Notes: generated by a model not told the origin, from the letters alone. 64,000 bases of DNA from a virus (IMGVR_UViG_3300017700_000931:192001-256000); one strand, 5' to 3'; shown: positions 9,996-19,731, counted from the stretch's first letter. Numbers and translations are program-made.

Positions 9996-11093
9996 ATGGA
10001 AGAAAAAACAAAACAAATTACAGATGCAATTGAACGTTTAGACAATAAAAAATTTGGTCTATATTTCTTTGCACTAGACACTAAAGGCAACCCAACCGCA
10101 GGTATTGCCAATATTTACGAACATGTTAAGGTTCTTAATGAATTAGGTTTCATGGCAACAATTTTACATGAGAAAAATGACTACCATGGTGTTCAAGATT
10201 GGTTAGGTGAGGAATACGCTAAGTTACCACACATTTCTATCGAATCACAAAACCTAAATATCACTGGGACTGATTTCATTATCGTACCAGAAATATTTGC
10301 TAATGTGATGGACCAAATAAAAGGATTCCCGTGTAAGAAGATTGTATTTTCACAATCATATTTCTATGCATTAGAATTATTACCAATCGGAAAAAGATGG
10401 GGTGATTATGGCTTCTCAGATGTAATTACAACTTCTCAAAAACAAGCAACATATTTGAGTCATTTATTCCCTCAAATTAATACACACATTATACCAGTTG
10501 GTATTCCTAGCTATTTTAAGCCAACCAAACAAAAAAAACAACCAGTTGTTACAATTGTTTCCAGAGACCAATCTGATGCGCTTAAAATCGTTAAATCATT
10601 TTACCTTCAATTCCCAACATACAAATGGGTTACTTTTAAAGACCTTAGAGGTCTTCCAAGAAAAACATTTGCTGAAGAATTAGGTAAAGCATGTTTGGCC
10701 ATTTGGGTTGATGATGTATCCGGTTTCGGAACATTCCCAATTGAAGCTATTGAGTGTGATACTCCAGTGATTGGTAAAATACCAACGCTTGTACCAGAAT
10801 GGATGGAAGAACCTAATGATAAAATTGGTGAAATAACTATTACCAACAATGGTGTTTGGACAAACAACTTCCTTAATATTCCAGAATTAATTGCCACCTA
10901 TATGAAGGTATGGTTAGAGGATTCAGTTCCAACTGACTTACTTGATGGGATGGCTAAAACTAAGGGTAGATATTCTGAAGAAAATCAAAAAATTAAAATC
11001 GAAGAAGTGTATACCACTTTAGTGGCAAATAGAAGAGCTGAATTCGAAAAAATGTTAGAATCACAAAAAGAAAAAACTGATAGCAATGAGTAA
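9996..11093 (+). CDS. GT-B fold glycosyltransferase
   Basis: GIANIYEHVKVL, DFIIVPE, EGFG-like DVSGFGTFPIEAIECDTPVIG. Confidence 0.7.
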   Translation: MEEKTKQITDAIERLDNKKFGLYFFALDTKGNPTAGIANIYEHVKVLNELGFMATILHEKNDYHGVQDWLGEEYAKLPHISIESQNLNITGTDFIIVPEIFANVMDQIKGFPCKKIVFSQSYFYALELLPIGKRWGDYGFSDVITTSQKQATYLSHLFPQINTHIIPVGIPSYFKPTKQKKQPVVTIVSRDQSDALKIVKSFYLQFPTYKWVTFKDLRGLPRKTFAEELGKACLAIWVDDVSGFGTFPIEAIECDTPVIGKIPTLVPEWMEEPNDKIGEITITNNGVWTNNFLNIPELIATYMKVWLEDSVPTDLLDGMAKTKGRYSEENQKIKIEEVYTTLVANRRAEFEKMLESQKEKTDSNE

Positions 11094-11880
11094 TAAGAAA
11101 ACCGATATAACAGTAATTATTCCTGTTCATGAAATAACTGAGGTAACTGAGAAGTTATTCTCTAATGCGATTAAAAGCGTTGCTGACCAATTTGTTAGAC
11201 CTGACGCAGTAATTATCGTAGCTCCAACTAATTTAATTGAATTTATGTCAACATTTAATTTTGGTGAGATTAAAGATATTGTAACCATTGTTGAAAACAA
11301 AGGTCTTACTGATTTTGCATCTCAAATTAATCTAGGTGTTTCTGAAGTTAAAACAACATGGTTTAGCTTACTAGAATATGATGATGAATTCTCTAAGATT
11401 TGGATTAAAAATGCTGATGAATATAAAGACATTTATACTGATGTTAATATGTTTTTACCAATCATTGTTGATGTTGACGATAAAGGTGGTTTCTTGGGAT
11501 TAACAAATGAGGCGGTTTGGGCTGCGGAATTCTCTGATGAAATGGGTATTTTAGATAACTCAGCACTTTTAGCTTATCAAAACTTCAATTTTGATGGTAT
11601 GGTTATGAAAAAAGAAACCTATGAAGAGATGGGTGGAATCAAAGCTAGTATGAAACTTACATTCATTTATGAATTCTTATTGAGATTAACATACTTCTCA
11701 ACTAGGATTATGATTATCCCTAGATTCGGTTACAAACATGTTAATCAAAGAAACGGGTCTTTATTTAAAAATTATAGAACTGAATTAACGCCGGACGAAG
11801 CTAGATGGTGGATGTCGTTAGCTAAAAAAGAATATTTTCATCAAGACGATAGGAAAATAACATACGATAAAGCACAATAA
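11086..11880 (+). CDS. GT2-like glycosyltransferase
   Basis: DITVIIPV, SQINLGV, LLEYDD DxD-like motif, YEFLLRL. Confidence 0.7.
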   Translation: MSNKKTDITVIIPVHEITEVTEKLFSNAIKSVADQFVRPDAVIIVAPTNLIEFMSTFNFGEIKDIVTIVENKGLTDFASQINLGVSEVKTTWFSLLEYDDEFSKIWIKNADEYKDIYTDVNMFLPIIVDVDDKGGFLGLTNEAVWAAEFSDEMGILDNSALLAYQNFNFDGMVMKKETYEEMGGIKASMKLTFIYEFLLRLTYFSTRIMIIPRFGYKHVNQRNGSLFKNYRTELTPDEARWWMSLAKKEYFHQDDRKITYDKAQ

Positions 11881-11881
11881 A

Positions 11882-12622
11882 ATGGCTAGCAAAAGAGGAC
11901 GTAAAAGGAAAAACGATTTGTACTTTGGTCCAGATGAAGAGAAAGCCGTTGTTGAGTTTTTAGCATGTGATGATTCGATTGAAAGAAATAAAATTTATAA
12001 TGAATGGTTGAGAGCACCATTCGATAAAATGATAGAATCAATTATTAGAAGATACAAACTTTATAGAAAAGCATATTCATTTGAAGACCTACACAGTGAT
12101 ACACTTTCATTTTTAATAACCAAGGCTGATAAATTTGACCATACTCAGAATAACAGAGCTTATTCTTATTATGGTACTATCTGTAAAAACTATATTCTAA
12201 TGTTATTGATTAAAGATGACAAAGGAATAAAAACCAATGCTTCATTTGAGGATACCTTTGAAAGTATCCAACATCGAGAGGACTTAACATATTATTTGAC
12301 TGATACTGATTATGGGTTAACTGAATTCATACAAACAATTTCAGAAGAAATTAAAAGTGAGTTGGCTTGTATTGATGAACCCAAAAAGAAAATCACTGAA
12401 AACGAAAGGAAAGTCGGTGAGGCATTGATTGAAATTCTAGAAAATTATTCTGGGATATTTGAAAATATGGAAGGTGGGTCAAAATACAATAAAAATATTG
12501 TATTAGCCACTATCAGGGATTATACGAATCTAAGTACAAAGGATATTAGAGTAGCCATGCGTAGGTTCAAAAAACTTTATTATCTTATTAAAGATGATAA
12601 AACGGATGAGGGTTATTTGTAA
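11882..12622 (+). CDS. Phage RNA polymerase sigma factor (gp55-like late sigma)
   Basis: Sigma region-2-like EDLHSDTLSFLITKADKFD...RAYSYYGTICKNY; located just upstream of late virion genes. Confidence 0.65.
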   Translation: MASKRGRKRKNDLYFGPDEEKAVVEFLACDDSIERNKIYNEWLRAPFDKMIESIIRRYKLYRKAYSFEDLHSDTLSFLITKADKFDHTQNNRAYSYYGTICKNYILMLLIKDDKGIKTNASFEDTFESIQHREDLTYYLTDTDYGLTEFIQTISEEIKSELACIDEPKKKITENERKVGEALIEILENYSGIFENMEGGSKYNKNIVLATIRDYTNLSTKDIRVAMRRFKKLYYLIKDDKTDEGYL

Positions 12623-12661
12623 AAAACCACATTATTAGGTATTTATAATTAAACGTGAGCC

Positions 12662-13051
12662 ATGCCTAGAAAGAGAAAACAACACATTAAAGTAAATAAC
12701 ACTTCAAGCCTTGAAGGTTTAATGCAAGAAGTCTATAATGACGCTTGTACACAAATCAATGATGCCCAAAGAATAATTAATGAATTAAATAATTCAACAA
12801 CCGCTGAGGACGTTGATGATGCAACAAAAATAGCTAGAGAAAAATCAAATGCTCAGAAAATAAAAGATTCTGGAATCAAGATTAAACTAGAGGTAGCTAA
12901 ATTGCAATCAGATATCATCAAACACAATGGAAATCTAGAAGATGTTAATAAAGATAGAACAGCATCCGGTGCACCATCATTAGACGATTTCAAACAAATA
13001 AGAAACTACGTTAAAAATGGTGGAGATTTAGATAACGAAACAGAAGATTAA
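12662..13051 (+). CDS. Hypothetical late protein
   Basis: ORF preceded by TATTTATA motif at 12640. Confidence 0.65.
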   Translation: MPRKRKQHIKVNNTSSLEGLMQEVYNDACTQINDAQRIINELNNSTTAEDVDDATKIAREKSNAQKIKDSGIKIKLEVAKLQSDIIKHNGNLEDVNKDRTASGAPSLDDFKQIRNYVKNGGDLDNETED

Positions 13052-13062
13052 TATTTTATTGT

Positions 13063-14505
13063 ATGTCAATCATAGACAAAAAAAGAGAAATATATGGTCA
13101 AATTGCTGCGTTACGAACATCTTGTGAGGGGTTTCCTAAGTTCGAATTGAACTCATCAATGTGTTCCATTGATAACACAAGTAATAGTTTAGATTTTCTA
13201 ATCGATTTATTAAAGGTGACCGTTGGTTTCGAAACATTAAATGTAATTCTAACAAATACGCTTACTTTTAAATTAGATTCCATTGAAATTGAAATCAAAA
13301 AAGCACTAAAACGAGAATTAAAAAAATTGGTAAGCTGTGGTGTAAATCCATCAATACCAGACTTTTTTAAACATCAAAACGTATACCCATTATCGACTGG
13401 GGTTGATTTAGACTTAAGAAAAATTGATTACTTAGGGGTTATGCTAGTCGACCCAAACACATCCGGCGGTTTTCTAACTTATGAGGATACCTCTGGTGGA
13501 TTAACTAGTACTGATTTTCACACTTATTTATTTGAAACAATTCAATTAGATGGAACACAAACAGATTGGGGTTCCTCTACTATGAGTTCAGATATCCTAT
13601 CATTTGAATTTAATTCTGTTGGACCACCCAATAATTACTTAAATATTAAAGCAAGTGAATATTACAGCGACCCAATCAATGGTAAGAAGTTAACTGATTT
13701 GAATAATGATTTCATTGATAGCGTTAGTTTATTTGGTTCTGGAGTAATGATAAATGCATTAGTCGATAGTTTATTCGGTTCAGTTAGTCTTGAGGTTGGT
13801 AAAACAAAAGAACAAATCAAAAAAGAAATTGAAATTGAACAAATAATAGAATGCTTTTTAAATTCAGATGATAGTGAGATTATTGATGATTCATATTTCA
13901 CATTCTCAAATGAATCTATCAGAGCCCAAGAAGAAGAAGCTAGCAATAGAGAAAGGGGTATAAGGTCCCTTAAAACTTGTGGTAATGTTGCAACTAGTAT
14001 TGCCCCTCAAACACTAACGGGTATTACAAATAATATTATGACGGCAACCACAATGACAAGTGTTGCAGAAGCAATTGCTTCTGGTATGTCAGCAATTGCT
14101 GACGAGGCTTCATCAGCTGTTGGTGATGTTAATAAAATCACTGCCAAATTAGAATTTATTGATGGTGCAATAAAAAAATTGATGATTAAAATGGCTAATG
14201 TTATTTTATCACCAAAGATTATTACAATTTTTGCCATAAATCACCACATAATTTATGGTACTAATATTGAGAGTCCAATAGAATGGATGAAAAAAAATAA
14301 AATTTTAATGGCCTCAATCGTCAGAGCAATTAGAGAAACTATTATTAAGATTTTATTGGAAGAAGCGATTAAAAATATAAAGAATATTGTAAAATGTGCG
14401 GCCCAACAAGTTGCAATTGAATACGCAAAATCAAAGGTAGCTCAATTAGCTAGTCTTGCTGGTATCCCCCAACACGTTTTACGAATGATACAAGGTTTAG
14501 GATAA
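13063..14505 (+). CDS. Putative virion structural protein
   Basis: 480-aa ORF in late operon upstream of baseplate hub. Confidence 0.5.
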   Translation: MSIIDKKREIYGQIAALRTSCEGFPKFELNSSMCSIDNTSNSLDFLIDLLKVTVGFETLNVILTNTLTFKLDSIEIEIKKALKRELKKLVSCGVNPSIPDFFKHQNVYPLSTGVDLDLRKIDYLGVMLVDPNTSGGFLTYEDTSGGLTSTDFHTYLFETIQLDGTQTDWGSSTMSSDILSFEFNSVGPPNNYLNIKASEYYSDPINGKKLTDLNNDFIDSVSLFGSGVMINALVDSLFGSVSLEVGKTKEQIKKEIEIEQIIECFLNSDDSEIIDDSYFTFSNESIRAQEEEASNRERGIRSLKTCGNVATSIAPQTLTGITNNIMTATTMTSVAEAIASGMSAIADEASSAVGDVNKITAKLEFIDGAIKKLMIKMANVILSPKIITIFAINHHIIYGTNIESPIEWMKKNKILMASIVRAIRETIIKILLEEAIKNIKNIVKCAAQQVAIEYAKSKVAQLASLAGIPQHVLRMIQGLG

Positions 14506-14509
14506 AGTT

Positions 14510-14974
14510 ATGGCATGTGAAGATGGTGGAATTGGTTGTAAAGGAACCAAAAAAGGACAAAGTAATGGGTTTAATTTAAGCTCAATAACTAGTGTATTGA
14601 GTATACTAGCGGCAGCATTTAAATTGCAAAGTGCACCAGTTACCCCAATTCCACCTCCATTATTATTAATTGGAGCTAAATTGAGACCCGGACTATCTGC
14701 ACGTAATATTGCATCTAGAGTTATTTCGAGACAATCGGAAGCTGGTGCACCAGCTGGTGATATCTTCTCCGAAGATAATAATATTGCTGAGGCTATGGAA
14801 ACTATTAGAGCTCAAGAATACATCAATGCAATATTAACTGAAAGTAAAGTGGAAATCGCTTTGCCTCCGGGAGCGATTCAAACAATTTCAATAGGTGTTG
14901 GTAATTTAGGTGCACCAATCACATCGAATGGAACTAATATTAACATCGTTAGCGGTGATGGGATAATCAGATAA
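14510..14974 (+). CDS. Putative baseplate/spike-associated protein
   Basis: Pro/Gly-rich PIPPPLLLIGAKLRPGLS; adjacent to gp5-like gene. Confidence 0.4.
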   Translation: MACEDGGIGCKGTKKGQSNGFNLSSITSVLSILAAAFKLQSAPVTPIPPPLLLIGAKLRPGLSARNIASRVISRQSEAGAPAGDIFSEDNNIAEAMETIRAQEYINAILTESKVEIALPPGAIQTISIGVGNLGAPITSNGTNINIVSGDGIIR

Positions 14975-14976
14975 GT

Positions 14977-15165
14977 ATGATAGATTTTAAAAATATGAGT
15001 AATAATCAAATTCTCACTGAGATTTATGCATTGAAATCAGAACATGAAGCTATTAAGATTAGAATGAATAAAGACTTGGATGAATTGGAGCGAGTTGAAA
15101 AGGAATTCAACGAAGCTAATAAAATATTAAGTGAAAGAATAAAGGGTCAAAGAAATGAGCAATAA
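14977..15165 (+). CDS. Small coiled-coil hypothetical protein
   Basis: Coupled ORF, heptad-like sequence. Confidence 0.55.
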   Translation: MIDFKNMSNNQILTEIYALKSEHEAIKIRMNKDLDELERVEKEFNEANKILSERIKGQRNEQ

Positions 15166-16105
15166 ACACGCATTTGGTAATAGTAAGAATATGTTTAATA
15201 AGGGTGAGAACTCTGTTAACGTATTTTATTTTGCTAAGGTTGAAAGTAATCAAGATGATTACGATGGTGGAACAATTAGGGCTAGGATTAAAGGTATTGA
15301 TGACCATATTGCGGCCATTGATTTACCAACAGCATTCCCAATGGTTTCTAAGGTATTCCAAGTGGTTCCTAAAGCTGGTGAAACTGTATTGATTTTTGTT
15401 CCAAATGCATCCAATCCATTTATGGATAGAATCTATACTGGCCCATTAATTTCACAACCACAATTTTTAGAAAAAGATTTACATTTATATACTTCAAGGT
15501 CCATGATGGACAGTGGGATAACCGAACCAAAAGAAGCCCCTAGTCGAATACCAGAAAACAAAGGTGTTGAGCCATTTAAAGAAGATGTATCATTGCAGGG
15601 TAGAAAAAATACTGACATTACATTAAAACCAAATGAAATTTGGATAAGAGCTGGTAAATTCGTTACTACTGATACCAAAGATGAAACTAAAATTTTCAAT
15701 AAAGAAAATCCGGCGTACATACAACTTAAACATGATGTTGTTTTAAAGAAACCAACAACCGGAACCATGCAAAATGGTAAGCCAGAACTTGGTTCCGTAA
15801 CAAATATTGTTGCATCCAAAATTAATCTATTAACCCATAAAGATGGGCAACCACGATTTACATTAAACAATCAGGATTCGTTGATTAGCGAAGAACAAAT
15901 GTTGGAAATCTTATCCAAAGCCCATCCATTAGTGTTTGGTGATTTATTAGTGGAATATTTAAAATTACAAAGAAACGCATTTATAAATCACGTACATCCA
16001 TACCATGGTAAAAAGCCTCAAGACCTTTCTGGTTCAGAGGATATTGACAAATATTTAGAATTTGATTTGAATCGCTTATTATCCAAAAACATCCGTATTA
16101 ATTAG
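15155..16105 (+). CDS. Baseplate hub/central spike (gp5/gpV-like OB-fold)
   Basis: FAKVESNQDD..GTIRARIKG..VVPKAGETVLIF OB-fold pattern; C-terminal HVH metal-binding spike motif. Confidence 0.65.
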   Translation: MSNKHAFGNSKNMFNKGENSVNVFYFAKVESNQDDYDGGTIRARIKGIDDHIAAIDLPTAFPMVSKVFQVVPKAGETVLIFVPNASNPFMDRIYTGPLISQPQFLEKDLHLYTSRSMMDSGITEPKEAPSRIPENKGVEPFKEDVSLQGRKNTDITLKPNEIWIRAGKFVTTDTKDETKIFNKENPAYIQLKHDVVLKKPTTGTMQNGKPELGSVTNIVASKINLLTHKDGQPRFTLNNQDSLISEEQMLEILSKAHPLVFGDLLVEYLKLQRNAFINHVHPYHGKKPQDLSGSEDIDKYLEFDLNRLLSKNIRIN

Positions 16106-16136
16106 TATCAGTTGATATTTATTATAAAAAGATAAC

Positions 16137-17552
16137 ATGGTAATACGCACATTTTTTGATAGAAACAATACTATTGTTTATAACGATTTAATCAATACTG
16201 GTAGAAACCCAGTTGCTGAACTATTTTATGGTGGTTCAGTTGGTGAAGAATCATATAGTAGATTTATATTTCATTTTGATGAAACTAGATTAAATGAGAT
16301 TCATAGTTGTGGTGGTTTTGGTGATTTAACTAATGTCAGACATACCCTTAGAATGACCAATACTGGAGCCTTTGACGCTGCTTTATTAGGTAAAACCACT
16401 TGTAGTGGTAAAGATAGAGCATCATCATTCGATTTAATAGTATTCAGGTTAGAACAACCTTGGGATGAGGGTAATGGTTATGACTATAATCACAATAATT
16501 TTTTAATCCAAGGTAATAGTGCCATAGTTATAAACTCACCATCTAATTGGGTTGAAGCCCAAACAAACGTATCTTGGTCCGGTGGGAATGGAACATATAG
16601 TGGTTCATCATCCGGCGTAACAATTGCGACACAACATTTTGAACAAGGTAATGAAAATCTTGAAATAGATATTACCGATTATGTTAATGGTATATTAACA
16701 GGTGATACTAATTATGGTTTGGGTATCGCATTCCCGTCATCATTCGAAGCCACCCCAACCGACAACTTAAAATATGTAGGATTTTTTACCAGACACACTC
16801 AAACATTTTATGAACCACATGTCGAAACAATTTACAATAATCCTATAATGGATGATAGGGCTAATTTTTATTTGGATAAAGTAAATAAATTGTATTTGTA
16901 TTCTAATGTTGGAGGTGTACCAACTTCATTGGATAATTTACCTACAGTAACAATTTTGGACCCATCTGGTGCAGTATTTTCAGCAATAACATCTGGTGTA
17001 ACACAAGTATCGTGCGGTGTTTATTCTGTTGAAGTATTCGTTCCAACGTATTCAGCTTATACCGATTGTATGCAATTTGAAGATATCTGGAGCAACATTT
17101 CTATTAATGGTATAAGTAGACCGGATATTGAGTTAGATTTTATAATTCAAGATTCATCTAAGTATTATAATATTGGTCAAAATATTGAATTACCAAAAAA
17201 ATATGGCTTTACTGTAACTGGTATCAAAAGAGATGAAAGAATTAAACGTGGAGATATTAGAAGAGTTAACGTGGTGGCCAGAATACCATACACAATAAAC
17301 CAAACTGAAGTAATCGATAGACTACAATATAGATTGTACGTTAAAGAGGGTAGAAATGAATATACTGTAATCGATTTTCAAGATGTTAATAGAGCTTTCA
17401 ATGGTAATTATTTTTTATTAGATACTGCTAGCTTGATACCAAATACTTATTATTTGGATGTTCAAGTAGAATCTAATTATGAAATTACCACAATAACAGA
17501 TGTCCTGAGTTTTGATATTGTTAGTCAATCAGAATTAAGGGATAGTCAATAA
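16137..17552 (+). CDS. Putative virion structural protein
   Basis: Beta-rich 471-aa ORF, own ATATTTAT motif at 16115. Confidence 0.5.
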   Translation: MVIRTFFDRNNTIVYNDLINTGRNPVAELFYGGSVGEESYSRFIFHFDETRLNEIHSCGGFGDLTNVRHTLRMTNTGAFDAALLGKTTCSGKDRASSFDLIVFRLEQPWDEGNGYDYNHNNFLIQGNSAIVINSPSNWVEAQTNVSWSGGNGTYSGSSSGVTIATQHFEQGNENLEIDITDYVNGILTGDTNYGLGIAFPSSFEATPTDNLKYVGFFTRHTQTFYEPHVETIYNNPIMDDRANFYLDKVNKLYLYSNVGGVPTSLDNLPTVTILDPSGAVFSAITSGVTQVSCGVYSVEVFVPTYSAYTDCMQFEDIWSNISINGISRPDIELDFIIQDSSKYYNIGQNIELPKKYGFTVTGIKRDERIKRGDIRRVNVVARIPYTINQTEVIDRLQYRLYVKEGRNEYTVIDFQDVNRAFNGNYFLLDTASLIPNTYYLDVQVESNYEITTITDVLSFDIVSQSELRDSQ

Positions 17553-17575
17553 CGATAAATGTAAATTAAAAAATC

Positions 17576-17683
17576 ATGGACGAAGAAAAAGAATGCACTT
17601 GCAAAGATTGTAACCCTAATGGACAATGTGAGTGCACTGGTGAATGTGAAGAAACATGCACTTGTGGATGTTGTAAAAAATAA
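17576..17683 (+). CDS. Metallothionein-like Cys-rich peptide (35 aa; not in ORF track)
   Basis: MDEEKECTCKDCNPNGQCECTGECEETCTCGCCKK: 10 Cys in CxC/CC clusters, A-rich start context, terminator follows. Confidence 0.7.
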   Translation: MDEEKECTCKDCNPNGQCECTGECEETCTCGCCKK

Positions 17684-17700
17684 ATTTAAGAAAATTATTA

Positions 17701-17727
17701 AAACCACTTGACTAAAGTGGTTTTTTT
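17701..17727 (+). terminator. Intrinsic terminator overlapping next promoter
   Basis: AAACCACTT-GACTA-AAGTGGTTT followed by T-run. Confidence 0.7.
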
Positions 17728-17846
17728 ATTATACTTATCAAATCGTGATTGATACACGTATTGGTCTTGAGTCATTTTGGCTTTAGAGTTTTCTAGGAAA
17801 CAAAAAGATTAGTACATAATAACAAATGTTTATTAAAAATTAAATT

Positions 17847-18722
17847 ATGAAACAAGTAAAGCAATCAATGCCTACTGCTAACATCGCAATTAACAAAAGC
17901 AGACTTAAGGTATATCAAAACAATGGCGATGTTCCGACCTATTATTTACAAAAAGGTCAAGAGTTCCAAATCGAACTTTTCAATCCAACTAACAAAAAAA
18001 TCTTAGCTAAGATTTCATTAAACAATATGCTTATCACACAAGGTGGTTTAGTATTGAATCCGGGACAACGTGTGTTCTTGGACCGTTATATTGATGTAGC
18101 TAAGAAATTTAGATTTGATACTTATGAGGTATCAAATACTGCTGAAGTAAAAGAAGCGATTCGTGATAATGGTGATTTTAAAGTTCAATTCTTTAGAGAG
18201 GAAGAACCTAAACCATATTATGGTAATTTGCGCTCAATCCAAGATTATTGGCATAATGGTCCAATATACGGTGGAACTGGTGGTGGTTACAGTGGTTCCG
18301 GTGGTTATGTATTTAATTCACCATCAAACATGAATGGTTCAATTGGTTTAACGAGCTTAACAAGCCACAATTCAACTACTTTAAATGTTAGTAATGCATC
18401 TTATACAAGTGATGTAACATTAGATTCACTAAACTCAATGAATTCATTGAGTAGTGAATTGAAAAAAAGTAGTCCAGTAAGGTCTAAAAAATCCATTGAA
18501 ACTGGTAGAGTTGAAGCTGGGTCAGCTTCAGACCAAAAGCTTGAAACTGTCAATTATAATTTTGAAAGTTGGGCGTTCCATACCATAACATATAAAATGT
18601 TACCAGTATCACAAAAAGTTAATACAGTACAAGATATTCAAGTTAAAAAATATTGTACTGAATGTGGTGCTAAACAAAAACCGACAAATAAATTTTGCCC
18701 TAGCTGCGGAGCTAAGGTTTAA
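17847..18722 (+). CDS. Hypothetical protein with C-terminal double zinc ribbon
   Basis: C-terminal CTECGAKQKPTNKFCPSCG; Gly/Ser-rich linker. Confidence 0.75.
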   Translation: MKQVKQSMPTANIAINKSRLKVYQNNGDVPTYYLQKGQEFQIELFNPTNKKILAKISLNNMLITQGGLVLNPGQRVFLDRYIDVAKKFRFDTYEVSNTAEVKEAIRDNGDFKVQFFREEEPKPYYGNLRSIQDYWHNGPIYGGTGGGYSGSGGYVFNSPSNMNGSIGLTSLTSHNSTTLNVSNASYTSDVTLDSLNSMNSLSSELKKSSPVRSKKSIETGRVEAGSASDQKLETVNYNFESWAFHTITYKMLPVSQKVNTVQDIQVKKYCTECGAKQKPTNKFCPSCGAKV

Positions 18723-18745
18723 TTAAATAATTCAATCACGATATT

Positions 18746-18774
18746 AAAAAGGGTCCACAATGTGGACCCTTTTT
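18746..18774. terminator. Bidirectional intrinsic terminator
   Basis: AAAAAGGGTCCAC-AAT-GTGGACCCTTTTT between convergent genes. Confidence 0.85.
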
Positions 18775-18777
18775 GTT

Positions 18778-19350
18778 TTACGATAATCTAATTGGTTTTA
18801 AATTATTAAAAATATTACCATCACCATTCCTATCAGCAATTAGTAATTCCATCCCTTCTAAGGTCATCTGATTCCAAACGAAGTACATAATAATATCTCT
18901 CATATCACTTGATGCATGTTCGAATGTATCCATATCAACACCAAGACTAACTAAATCATCATCATCAATACTAACATTATCCATATCGGCATATGCATAC
19001 GTTGCAATGAAGTCTAACGGAACATTAACTCTATATAAGACTGGTCTATCAGAAGAAACATAATCAGACTTCCCAATTTGGAAATAAATAATATCTTCAT
19101 TAGAAAATGAAGTATAATTTTTACCATCAGTTAATTTAAAACCCTCAACATCAATTAACTTTGCCGTTTCTTCACTAGTCGCATGAAATAATGGTACAGT
19201 ATTACCATACTTTAGGCTTAATGCTGTGATGAAATCATCAATATCTGACCCATTTAAAATTATATTTTTGATTTTTAAATTGACATTTGATTTTGAATTC
19301 TCATTCAAAATTGTCTTAACTTTATTGGTTATAAATCTTTTTAAATCCAT
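18778..19350 (-). CDS. Putative internal head protein with ADP-ribosyltransferase-like motif
   Basis: Leader MDLKRFITNKVKTILNE; LFHATS..AKLI..EGF..IYFQ..VLYRVNV resembles the PARP/ART-fold pattern. Confidence 0.4.
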   Translation of the reverse strand: MDLKRFITNKVKTILNENSKSNVNLKIKNIILNGSDIDDFITALSLKYGNTVPLFHATSEETAKLIDVEGFKLTDGKNYTSFSNEDIIYFQIGKSDYVSSDRPVLYRVNVPLDFIATYAYADMDNVSIDDDDLVSLGVDMDTFEHASSDMRDIIMYFVWNQMTLEGMELLIADRNGDGNIFNNLKPIRLS

Positions 19351-19419
19351 TCTTTTAATTTTTAAAATATCACTTGATACATTAGATAAATATCATATAT
19401 TTATACTAAAAAACAAGAT

Positions 19420-19731
19420 ATGCGTATATTAAGTGACGATGAATTTAAATCTGAAATAGCATCACATGCTTTTGATGGTGGATTACCAACTCTAATGGAG
19501 TTAACTGATAATGATTCTGAAATGGCATCAGAATTAGCGGAAGGTGGCTGGTCATCAGTCTATGAATATGTTTCTGACATTCATATTGACACCTTAAATG
19601 AAAAATATGATTTCTTACTTGAGGAAGAAAATTATGAATCAACTTCAATTGTTTATGAAAATGATTATGATGACGACGAAGATGAAGACACATTCGATTA
19701 TGACGAAGATAACGATGACTATGATTATTAA
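19420..19731 (+). CDS. Highly acidic small protein
   Basis: 36 D/E versus 3 K/R in 103 aa; own promoter motif and terminator. Confidence 0.65.
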   Translation: MRILSDDEFKSEIASHAFDGGLPTLMELTDNDSEMASELAEGGWSSVYEYVSDIHIDTLNEKYDFLLEEENYESTSIVYENDYDDDEDEDTFDYDEDNDDYDY

